A stretch of DNA of 59,973 bases from Alphaproteobacteria bacterium (GTDB lineage Bacteria > Pseudomonadota > Alphaproteobacteria > GCA-2731375). The stretch covers positions 1 to 59,973 of the forward strand of contig JAYGEA010000128.1 in the NCBI GenBank assembly GCA_046582635.1, given 5' to 3'. The notes below the pieces were generated by a model that was not told where the DNA came from, did no database searches, and was given only the letters and a program-made list of their open reading frames with translations. Position numbers and translations under genes: made by a program. Every line of letters starts with the position of its first letter. Position 1 is the first letter of the stretch. Below are positions 1-8,118 of the stretch, piece by piece.

Positions 1-226
1 TCTGCGACCCGCATTCGCCCTGGCAGCGCGGCGCTATCGAGAACACCAATGGCGTCATACGCAGGGACATGCCCAGTAAAACCGACATGGCTGATTACAC
101 CGAAGGGGACATCGACGACATCATGTGGGCCGTCAACTCAAAACCCCGAAAATGCCTCGGCTATCGAACGCCCGCCGAGGCTTTCCTCGAAATCCTTCGA
201 ATTGCACTTGAGATGTGAATCCAGCC
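1..226 (+). mobile_element. Right end of an IS30-family insertion sequence
   Basis: Transposase C-terminus whose stop codon lies within an IS30-like terminal sequence ATTGCACTTGAGATGTGAATCCAGCC; exact end uncertain because the left IR is outside the window. Confidence 0.7.
3..218 (+). CDS. IS30-family transposase, C-terminal fragment (5' truncated by window edge)
   Basis: Frame 3 (not in ORF track) reads CDPHSPWQRGAIENTNGVIRRDMP...AVNSKPRKCLGYRTPAEAF...ALEM*, matching the IS30-family C-terminal motifs CDPxSPWQRGxNENTNG and NxxPRKxLGYxTPAE. Confidence 0.9.
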   Translation, partial: CDPHSPWQRGAIENTNGVIRRDMPSKTDMADYTEGDIDDIMWAVNSKPRKCLGYRTPAEAFLEILRIALEM

Positions 227-263
227 CCTTCTCTTTTGGGCTGTGATGTGGCGTACTGGCAAG

Positions 264-3200
264 GTGAATAAAACCAATAATAACGCCTGGATCGGCCGCT
301 CCATTGCGCGGCTGGAGGACCCGGCCTTGTTGCGCGGCGCGGCCCGTTTCGCCGATGACCTGGCAACCCCCGCCAATGTCTGCCATGCCGCCTTTCTGCG
401 CTCCCCCATCGCCCATGGGGAGATCGAGGCCCTGGATACAGCCGCTGCCAGGGCCATGCCCGGTGTGGTCGCGATTATCACCGGTGCCGACATGGCGGCC
501 CATTCGGCGCCCTTCATCACCGGGGTCAAGGTGGCGGCGCCGCAATATGCCCTGGCCACGGACCGGGTTCGTTACGTGGGCGAGCCGGTGGCCATGGTGC
601 TGGCCCTTGATCGTTATCTGGCCGAGGATGCGTTGGAGGCGATCACCGTTGACTATTCCCCCCTGACGCCCGTATTGGATCCGATTGCGGCGCTGGAGGG
701 GTTGGTATTGCACCCTGATACCAATAGCAATGTGTTGCATGAGCGGCATTTCAGCTATGGCGACCCGGAAGGGGCGTTCGCGGACGCGGCCCATGTTGTC
801 GAAGGCACCTATCACTATCCGCGCAATTCCTGCACGCCCCTGGAATGCTATTGCGTCATCGCGGATTACAATGCCGGTGAAGACGCGTTCGAGGTCACGG
901 CGAATTTTCAGGGCCCCTACACCTTGCACACCATCATGGCCCGGTCCCTGAAGGTGCCCGGCAACCGCCTGCGCCTGAAGACGCCGCCCGCCTCGGGCGG
1001 CAGCTATGGGGTCAAGCAGGCGGTGTTCCCTTATGTGGTGGCCCTTGGCGTGGCCGCCAAAATTGCCGGGCGGCCGGTGAAATGGCTGGAAGATCGGTTT
1101 GAACATCTGACCGCCGCGACCTCCGCCACCAATCGGGTGACCACCCTGCGGGCCGCATTGGATAAAGCGGGCCGGGTGCTGGCTCTGGATTGGGACCAGT
1201 TGGAGGATTGCGGCGCCTACCTGCGCGCGCCGGAGCCGGCCACCCTCTACCGCATGCACGGCAACATGACCGGCGCCTATGCCATTGAAAACCTGGCCAT
1301 CCATAACCGCGTGGTGGTGACCAACAAGACACCAACGGGGCTGATGCGCGGCTTCGGCGGGCCGCAGATCTATTTCCCCCTCGAGCGGCTGTTGGACAAG
1401 GTGGCCGCCGAACTGGGCCTTGATCCCTTGGCGCTGCGCCGCCGCAACCTGGTGCCCGGCGACGCCATGCCCTACCGCACCGCGCCGGGCGCCCTGCTGG
1501 ATTCCGGTGATTACAGAAAGAGCCTGGACCGGGCCGCGGCCGACGGCGGCCTGGACGAGCTATTGGCCCGGCGCGAGGGCGCCCGGGCCGAGGGGCGGCT
1601 TTACGGTATCGGCTACAGCGTCGTCGTCGAACCCTCGATCTCCAACATGGGCTACATCACCACCTTGTTGAGCCCGGAGCAGCGGCAACGCGCGGGGCCA
1701 AAAAACGGCGCCCTGGCCACGGCGACGGTGGGCTTTGACCCCTCCGGCGCGATCAGCGTCGCCGTCTCGTCCGTGCCCCAGGGCCAGGGGCACCGCACGG
1801 TGCTGGCCCAGGTGGTGGCTGATGTTTTCGCCATTACGCCGAAAGACGTCGCGGTGATGACGGAACACGATACCGCCAAGGACCCCTGGTCCATCGCGTC
1901 GGGCAATTATTCGTCGCGCTTCGCCGGCGCCGTGGCGGGCGCCACGTACCAGGCGGCGTTGCGGTTGCGCGACCGGCTGACCCTGATCGCGGCGGCGGAC
2001 CTGAATGTTCCGCCCGACGAAGTGACTTATGAAGCGGGGCGCATTTTTGCCCGAAATAATCCCGACAACGCCCTGCCCCTGGGCCGGCTGGCGGCCAAGG
2101 CCCATTGGTCGCCCTTGTCCATTCCCGATGGCGCCGGCGCGGGCTTGCGGGAGACGGCGTTCTGGAACATGGCGGAACTGGCGGAGCCCGATGACGGCGA
2201 TCGCATCAATTCCTCCGGCGCCTATGGTTTTATTTTCGATTTTTGCGGCGTGGAAGTCGATCCCGATACCTTCGCCGTGCGGGTTGATCGTTATGTCACC
2301 ATGCATGACGCGGGCCGGCTGCTGAACCCCATGCTGGCGGACGGCCAAATCCGCGGTGGCTTTGCCCATGGTCTCGGCGCCGCACTGCTGGAGGAGCTTT
2401 CCTATGCCCCCGATGGCGGCTTTCAGGCCGGCACCCTGGCGGATTATCTGGCGCCCACGGTGATGGAAATACCCGAATTGACCATATTGCATGACCAAAC
2501 CCCGTCACCCTTTACGCCCCTGGGCGCCAAGGGTCTGGGCGAGGGCAATGCCATGTCGACACCGGTCTGCATTGCCAACGCTGTATCCAATGCCCTGGGC
2601 CGGGAGATTACAACGTTGCCCCTGACCCGCTCCAACCTGGCGGAATTGCTTTTGGAGGATGAACCGCCGGGCAAGGCGAAGGTGTGTCACGGTCATGCGT
2701 TGGAGGGCCGGGGCAGCACGGCGGTACCGGCATCACCGGAAGACGTCTGGGCCATTCTGTTGGATGATAACAGGTTGGCGGCCGTGATCCCGGGCTGCCA
2801 TGCTTTGGTGCGAACGGGGGAGGATGCTTATAGCGCCGATGTAACCTTGGGCGTCGGCCCCATCAAGGGCCGTTTCGCGGCCAAGGTGGCGTTGCTGGAT
2901 TTAGTCCCGCCGAAAAGCCTGCGCCTGGTTGGTTCGGCAACCGGCCCCTTGGGACGCGCGGAAGGGGACGGGCGGATCAGCTTGCGGGCCACGGCGGGGG
3001 GCACCGAAGTCGACCACACCTACACGGTGCGGATCTCGGGCAAGGTGGCGGCGGTGGGTGGACGGATGATGGACGGGGCGGCCCGCGCCTTGATCAACCA
3101 GTTTTTCAAGCGGCTGGTAAGCCAAACCGGAGCCCCGGAAAAGCTCCCGGCACCAAGTTTTTGGGAGCGTCTGCTGGCGCTGTTGGGGTTGGCGCGATGA
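264..3200 (+). CDS. hmfA: 2-furoyl-CoA dehydrogenase large (molybdopterin) subunit with C-terminal CoxG/SRPBCC domain
   Basis: Xanthine-dehydrogenase-family Mo subunit (GGSYGVKQ, RGFGGPQ, GQGH, GAKGLGE) plus ~150-aa CoxG-like tail; first gene of the order large-FAD-2Fe2S-CoA ligase-crotonase typical of hmfABCDE. Start uncertain (GTG 243 or 264). Confidence 0.85.
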   Translation: MNKTNNNAWIGRSIARLEDPALLRGAARFADDLATPANVCHAAFLRSPIAHGEIEALDTAAARAMPGVVAIITGADMAAHSAPFITGVKVAAPQYALATDRVRYVGEPVAMVLALDRYLAEDALEAITVDYSPLTPVLDPIAALEGLVLHPDTNSNVLHERHFSYGDPEGAFADAAHVVEGTYHYPRNSCTPLECYCVIADYNAGEDAFEVTANFQGPYTLHTIMARSLKVPGNRLRLKTPPASGGSYGVKQAVFPYVVALGVAAKIAGRPVKWLEDRFEHLTAATSATNRVTTLRAALDKAGRVLALDWDQLEDCGAYLRAPEPATLYRMHGNMTGAYAIENLAIHNRVVVTNKTPTGLMRGFGGPQIYFPLERLLDKVAAELGLDPLALRRRNLVPGDAMPYRTAPGALLDSGDYRKSLDRAAADGGLDELLARREGARAEGRLYGIGYSVVVEPSISNMGYITTLLSPEQRQRAGPKNGALATATVGFDPSGAISVAVSSVPQGQGHRTVLAQVVADVFAITPKDVAVMTEHDTAKDPWSIASGNYSSRFAGAVAGATYQAALRLRDRLTLIAAADLNVPPDEVTYEAGRIFARNNPDNALPLGRLAAKAHWSPLSIPDGAGAGLRETAFWNMAELAEPDDGDRINSSGAYGFIFDFCGVEVDPDTFAVRVDRYVTMHDAGRLLNPMLADGQIRGGFAHGLGAALLEELSYAPDGGFQAGTLADYLAPTVMEIPELTILHDQTPSPFTPLGAKGLGEGNAMSTPVCIANAVSNALGREITTLPLTRSNLAELLLEDEPPGKAKVCHGHALEGRGSTAVPASPEDVWAILLDDNRLAAVIPGCHALVRTGEDAYSADVTLGVGPIKGRFAAKVALLDLVPPKSLRLVGSATGPLGRAEGDGRISLRATAGGTEVDHTYTVRISGKVAAVGGRMMDGAARALINQFFKRLVSQTGAPEKLPAPSFWERLLALLGLAR

Positions 3201-4027
3201 AGCCGGCCGCGTTCGATTACGCCTGCCCGGACAACGTGGGCGAAGCGCTGGCCATCCTGGCGGAGCGCGGGGCCGGCGCCCGCATCTGCGCCGGGGGGCA
3301 ATCTCTTGGCGCCATGATGAACCTGCGCCTGATGGCCCCGGCAGTGCTGATCGATATCGCCGGTCTGGACGAGTTGAAATCCATCGCCATGACCGGGGGC
3401 GCCATTGAAGTTGGCGCCGCCGTCACCCAGGCCGAGCTGCTGGCCTGGCCCGATCTGGCGAAAACCCAGCCTTTGCTGGCGCGGATGTTGCCTATGGTCG
3501 GACATTACCAGACCCGACAGCGGGGCACGGTCTGCGGCTCCCTGGCCCATGGCGACCCCAGTTCGGAATTGCCCCTGGCGCTGGCCGTGCTGGAGGGCGA
3601 GGTCTTGCTGGCCAGCAGTCGCGGCCGTCGGGTCGTCGCGGCCAAGGATTTTCAGCTCGGCATGATGGCCACGGATATCGCCGACGATGAAATGGTGGTC
3701 GCGGCGCGCTTTCCCACGGCGCCGGTTAGCGCGGAATCCGCGTTCCAGGAAATCGCCCAACGGCATGGAGATTTCGCCATCGTGGCCGTCGCCGCCGTGG
3801 GCACTCAAAACGGCGTTCGCCTGGGCGTCGGCGGCGTGGCTGATTGCCCCGGTGTGATCGAGCTGAAATGGCCGGTGGATGATGCCGCCCTAAACGATCT
3901 ATTGAACGATTTCGCCTGGTCACTGGGCGGGGCCGACGATCAACATGCCACGGCGCGCTATCGCCGCGAACTGGTGCGCCGTATCGGCCGGCAGGTGGTT
4001 GACGAGGTGCGTGATGCGTTATCTTGA
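3197..4027 (+). CDS. hmfB: 2-furoyl-CoA dehydrogenase FAD-binding subunit
   Basis: MKPAAFDY start overlapping the hmfA stop (ATGA); AGGQSL, RGTVCGSLAHGDP and RHGDFA motifs of CoxM-type FAD subunits. Confidence 0.85.
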   Translation: MKPAAFDYACPDNVGEALAILAERGAGARICAGGQSLGAMMNLRLMAPAVLIDIAGLDELKSIAMTGGAIEVGAAVTQAELLAWPDLAKTQPLLARMLPMVGHYQTRQRGTVCGSLAHGDPSSELPLALAVLEGEVLLASSRGRRVVAAKDFQLGMMATDIADDEMVVAARFPTAPVSAESAFQEIAQRHGDFAIVAVAAVGTQNGVRLGVGGVADCPGVIELKWPVDDAALNDLLNDFAWSLGGADDQHATARYRRELVRRIGRQVVDEVRDALS

Positions 4028-4511
4028 AGCCGGCAAACGCCACATGGTGCGCTTTACCTTGAATGGCCAAATGGTCGAGGGAGAGGCAGAACCGCGTCTT
4101 TTGTTAAGCGACTTTCTGCGCCAGACCCTGGGCGCCCATGGCACCCATGTGGGTTGCGAACATGGCTCGTGCGGGGCCTGCACGATCCGGGTCGATGGCA
4201 AGGCGGTGCGGTCGTGCTTGCTGTATGCGGTACAGATGCAGGACCGGGCGGTGACCACTGTTGAGGGTCTGGCCACGCCGGATGGTTTGAATGCCCTGCA
4301 GGCGGCGCTGCAAAAACACCACGGCCTGCAATGCGGGTTTTGTACGCCGGGTATCCTGATGTCCCTTGAGCAACTGCTTGAAGAAGAACCCGGCGCCGAC
4401 GAGGCGCGCATCCGGGATGTGCTTTCGGGCCATATTTGCCGCTGCACCGGTTATCATGGCATCGTCCAAGCAGCCCTGGAGGTGTTTGGGGAAGTATTCG
4501 GGAACCGCTGA
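4014..4511 (+). CDS. hmfC: 2-furoyl-CoA dehydrogenase 2Fe-2S subunit
   Basis: GCEHGSCGAC...SC and QCGFCTPG...CRCTGY two-cluster motifs. Confidence 0.85.
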   Translation: MRYLEAGKRHMVRFTLNGQMVEGEAEPRLLLSDFLRQTLGAHGTHVGCEHGSCGACTIRVDGKAVRSCLLYAVQMQDRAVTTVEGLATPDGLNALQAALQKHHGLQCGFCTPGILMSLEQLLEEEPGADEARIRDVLSGHICRCTGYHGIVQAALEVFGEVFGNR

Positions 4512-6004
4512 TGTTTGATCTGGGGCGCACATTTCTGGCCAGTGTCCGGCGCATGCCCGACGCGGTGGCGATTTCCGATGGCGAACAGGTTCTGACCTAC
4601 CGCGCCTGGCAGGACCACATCCTGGCCGTGGCCGCCGGCCTTGGCCTGGAAAAGGGCGACCATTTCGTTACCGTGCTGCAAAACCGCTACGAGGCCGCGA
4701 CCCTGCACATGGCGGCGCAGCTCGCCGGATTTGTGATCACGCCCCTCAATTGGCGGTCCAGCGCCGAGGAGCTGGATTATGTCCTGGCCGATAGCGGTGC
4801 CAAATTGGTGTTGTTCGAGGATGCCACCAGCCTCATCATGGACACCGCCCTTCCCGCCATCAACGTGGACCGGGATTGGGATGATTTGCGCGGCGGCCCT
4901 GGGGTGGAACCAATCTCCCGCGCCACGGTGGAGGATAAATCCGTCATGCTCTATACCTCCGGCACCACCGGCCGGGGCAAGGGCGTGCCCCGCACCCAAG
5001 CAGCCGAGCGGGCCGCTGCCATGGCCCATGTGGCGCAAAATCAATACGGCCGGGGCGAGGTTACCTTGGGCGTGATGCCGCTGTATCACACCATGGGGGT
5101 GCGCGCGTTGTTGGCCTCCATCCTGATCAACGGTCATTTCGTCTGCCAGCGCCGCTTTGATCCGCGCGAGGCGCTGTCCCTGATCGCCGAACACCGGATA
5201 ACGAATTTATACCTGGTGCCGACCCTGTATCACGACCTTTTGGCCTCGCCGTTTTTCGCGGGCGTCGATACCTCCTCCGTTCGCAAGCTTGGCTTTGCCG
5301 GTCAGGCCATGACCGATGGTCTGCTGCGGGATCTGGAGGCGGCCTTCAAGCCGGAATTGTTCGTCAATCATTACGGCTCTTCGGAAATCTATACTTTCAC
5401 CATCGAACCCAATGCGGCCCGGAAACCGGGGTCGGCCGGCAAGGCGGGGTTGAACCAGGAAATTCGCATCATTCAGCTCGATGCCCAGGGTCCGGACGAT
5501 GTGGTGGGGGAGGGCGAAGAGGGGCAGATCATCGCCGCCCTGGATGGGGACGAGAGTTTTATCGGCTATTGGAACCGGCCCGACGCGGATGAAAAAGTCC
5601 TGCATGATGGTTGGTACCATACCGGCGATATTGGCTTTTGGGATGGGGACGGCGATATTTTCGTCACCGGGCGGGTTGACGACATGATCATCTCGGGTGG
5701 CGAGAATATCCTGCCGGTGGAAATCGAAAGCGTCTTATCCCTGCATCCCGGCGTGGGCGAAGTCGCGGTGGTGGGGCTGCCCGATCCCCGTTGGGGCCAG
5801 GTGGTCACGGCCTTCATCGTGCGCCGGCGCGGGGTGGCGGAGGGGGTGGACGAAGCGGCCCTGGACGCATGGTGTCTGCAATCGGACCTGCCGCCCTTCA
5901 AACGGCCGCGGGGATATGTCTTTATTCGTGAAGTGCCGAAATCGCCCGTGGGTAAAATTCTGCGCCGCCTGCTGGTAAACGGCGAATATGCTTTGGAATC
6001 GTAA
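4511..6004 (+). CDS. hmfD: 2-furoate-CoA ligase
   Basis: AMP-binding motif YTSGTTGRGKG, YGSSE, GRVDD, PKSPVGKILRR; N-terminus MFDLGRTFL and AHVAQNxY...GVMPLYHTMG resemble HmfD as recalled. Confidence 0.85.
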   Translation: MFDLGRTFLASVRRMPDAVAISDGEQVLTYRAWQDHILAVAAGLGLEKGDHFVTVLQNRYEAATLHMAAQLAGFVITPLNWRSSAEELDYVLADSGAKLVLFEDATSLIMDTALPAINVDRDWDDLRGGPGVEPISRATVEDKSVMLYTSGTTGRGKGVPRTQAAERAAAMAHVAQNQYGRGEVTLGVMPLYHTMGVRALLASILINGHFVCQRRFDPREALSLIAEHRITNLYLVPTLYHDLLASPFFAGVDTSSVRKLGFAGQAMTDGLLRDLEAAFKPELFVNHYGSSEIYTFTIEPNAARKPGSAGKAGLNQEIRIIQLDAQGPDDVVGEGEEGQIIAALDGDESFIGYWNRPDADEKVLHDGWYHTGDIGFWDGDGDIFVTGRVDDMIISGGENILPVEIESVLSLHPGVGEVAVVGLPDPRWGQVVTAFIVRRRGVAEGVDEAALDAWCLQSDLPPFKRPRGYVFIREVPKSPVGKILRRLLVNGEYALES

Positions 6005-6022
6005 ATTAGGAGTGGATCGCGT

Positions 6023-6832
6023 ATGAGCACGTCATTCGATAGCCGGCGGGCTAAGCTGTTGGAGGACCTCGACGGCTTCCGGGTCGAGATCTATCCGGAT
6101 CGGGAGCGGGCCGATATCATTCTCGACCGCCCGCCCCTGAATGTGATCGAAATGGGCCAGCGGGACCAGTTGCGCCTGGTGTTCGAGGAACTGGACGCCG
6201 ACGAAAGGATCCGCGTTATCGTGCTGCGGGCGGAGGGCAAGCATTTCAGCTCGGGCGGCAACATCGCCGGTTTTCTGGCTGCCTCGCCGGAGCATGTTTC
6301 GAAACTGGCGGACAACATTGGGGCGCCGGCGCGATGCCACAAACCCGTGGTGGCGCAAATCCGCGGCTACAGCTTCGGCGTCGGGTTCGAATTGCCCCTG
6401 GCCTGTGATTTCCGCATCTGTTCCGAGACGGCGCAATTCGCTCTGCCGGAACAGCGCATCGGTCAGATCCCCGGTTCGGGCGGCTCTATCCGCCTCCTCC
6501 ACATGATCGGTATCCAACGGACCAAGGACATGACCTTTCGTTCCCGCCGGGTCTCGGGCGCCGAGGCCAAGGACTGGGGTTTTGTCCTCGACTGCGTGGC
6601 GGACGATAAGCTGGAGGAGACGGTGGATGCCTTCGTGGACGAGCTGCGGGAATTCTCGCCCCTGGCCCAGCGCACCATCAAGGGTGTCCTGAACGCGGCG
6701 CAAAATACCTCCGTCGAAGCGGGGATCGAGATCGAGGGCAATGCCTATGGCCGCCTGCGCACGTCGGAAGATTTCAAGGAGGGCGTGGAAGCCTTTCACG
6801 GCAAGCGCAAGGCCAAGTTCAAGGGGCTCTAG
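6023..6832 (+). CDS. hmfE: 2-oxoglutaroyl-CoA hydrolase (crotonase superfamily)
   Basis: Crotonase fold (FSSGGNI, GVGFEL, LPEQRIGQIPGSGG); ERADIIL and ASPEHVS segments recalled from HmfE; operon position. Confidence 0.8.
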   Translation: MSTSFDSRRAKLLEDLDGFRVEIYPDRERADIILDRPPLNVIEMGQRDQLRLVFEELDADERIRVIVLRAEGKHFSSGGNIAGFLAASPEHVSKLADNIGAPARCHKPVVAQIRGYSFGVGFELPLACDFRICSETAQFALPEQRIGQIPGSGGSIRLLHMIGIQRTKDMTFRSRRVSGAEAKDWGFVLDCVADDKLEETVDAFVDELREFSPLAQRTIKGVLNAAQNTSVEAGIEIEGNAYGRLRTSEDFKEGVEAFHGKRKAKFKGL

Positions 6833-6835
6833 GCC

Positions 6836-7663
6836 GTGAAGCCGCCGGCCTTTGAATACCTGGCACCCAGCACCCTGGAACAGGCGGTGGCCGCCCTGGG
6901 CGCGGGGGATGCCAAGATACTGGCCGGCGGGCAAAGCCTGGTACCCATGTTGAATTTCCGCCTGCAGGCGCCGTCTCTACTGGTTAATATCACCCGCATT
7001 CCCGGTTTGGACCATATTGTTGACTGGCCAGAAGGCGGGGATGGCGGCCTGCGCATCGGCGCGCTGACCCGGCATCATGGCTTGGAAACCTCGGCCCTGG
7101 TTCACGATCGGTTTCCCGTGCTGCACGCGGCCATGGCAGAGGTGGCCCATCTGGCCATCCGCAATCGCGGCACCATCGGCGGCAGCCTGTGCCATGGCGA
7201 CCCGGCGGCCGAGCTGCCTGGCATGGCGGTGTTGTTGCAGGCCCAATTGCAGACGACCCAGCGGACAATTCCGGCAGCGGAATTTTACGATGGTGCCCTG
7301 TCCACGATCTTGGCGGCAGATGAAATCCTCACGGAAATTCTGCTGCCCGCCCTGCCCCCCGGTACCGGCTGGGGGTTCGAGGAGTTCGCCCGCCGCTCGG
7401 GCGATTTCGCCTTGGCCGCCGTGGGGGTGCTGATCGGCGCCGAGGTGCGGATCGTCGCCATGGGCGCCAACGACATTCCCATCAGACTGGCGAAGGCGGA
7501 AGTCTTGTTCAACGGTCCCTCGGACATCGACGCCGTGGCCGAGGCGGCGGGGGCGGAGGTCTCACCCGAGAGCGACCTGCATGGCTCCGCCGATTACCGC
7601 CGTCATCTGGTAAAGGTTCTCACCCGCCGCGCGCTGCGGTCGGCCTGTGAGCGCGCGGCATGA
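6836..7663 (+). CDS. Molybdenum hydroxylase FAD-binding (CoxM-like) subunit
   Basis: (M)KPPAFEY, AGGQSL, RNRGTIGGSLCHGDP, ARRSGDFA. Confidence 0.9.
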   Translation: MKPPAFEYLAPSTLEQAVAALGAGDAKILAGGQSLVPMLNFRLQAPSLLVNITRIPGLDHIVDWPEGGDGGLRIGALTRHHGLETSALVHDRFPVLHAAMAEVAHLAIRNRGTIGGSLCHGDPAAELPGMAVLLQAQLQTTQRTIPAAEFYDGALSTILAADEILTEILLPALPPGTGWGFEEFARRSGDFALAAVGVLIGAEVRIVAMGANDIPIRLAKAEVLFNGPSDIDAVAEAAGAEVSPESDLHGSADYRRHLVKVLTRRALRSACERAA

Positions 7664-8118
7664 TTGCGGTTGTCGTCAATGGGGTGAGTTACGAGCGGGA
7701 AGTGGAGCCGCGCCTGTTGCTGACGGATTTCCTGCGCCACGATCTCGGCCTGACCGGCACCCATGTGGGCTGCGAACAGGGGGTTTGCGGGGCCTGCACC
7801 ATTATCATGAACGGTGACAGCGTGCGCGCCTGCCTGTGTTTCGCCGTGCAGGCCGATGGCGCCGAGATCGAAACCGTGGAGGGATTGGGCACGGTCGATG
7901 ACCTGAACCCCCTGCAACAGGCCTTTCAGGAACACCACGCCCTGCAATGCGGTTTCTGTACGCCAGGTATGCTGATGACCGGTGTCGACCTGCTGCGTAA
8001 GTACCCCCTGGCCACGGACCAGGAGATTCGCCAAGGGTTGTCGGGCAACCTGTGCCGCTGCACCGGCTATGAACATATCGTCCGTGCTATACGTTCGGTG
8101 GTCGAACGTGAACGTTGA
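7660..8118 (+). CDS. Molybdenum hydroxylase 2Fe-2S (CoxS-like) subunit
   Basis: GCEQGVCGAC, QCGFCTPG, CRCTGY; ATGA overlap with upstream gene. Confidence 0.9.
   Translation: MIAVVVNGVSYEREVEPRLLLTDFLRHDLGLTGTHVGCEQGVCGACTIIMNGDSVRACLCFAVQADGAEIETVEGLGTVDDLNPLQQAFQEHHALQCGFCTPGMLMTGVDLLRKYPLATDQEIRQGLSGNLCRCTGYEHIVRAIRSVVERER

Noticed and set aside
49-246. 65-aa ORF from the ORF track
   Set aside because: Alternative frame over the IS30 transposase C-terminus.
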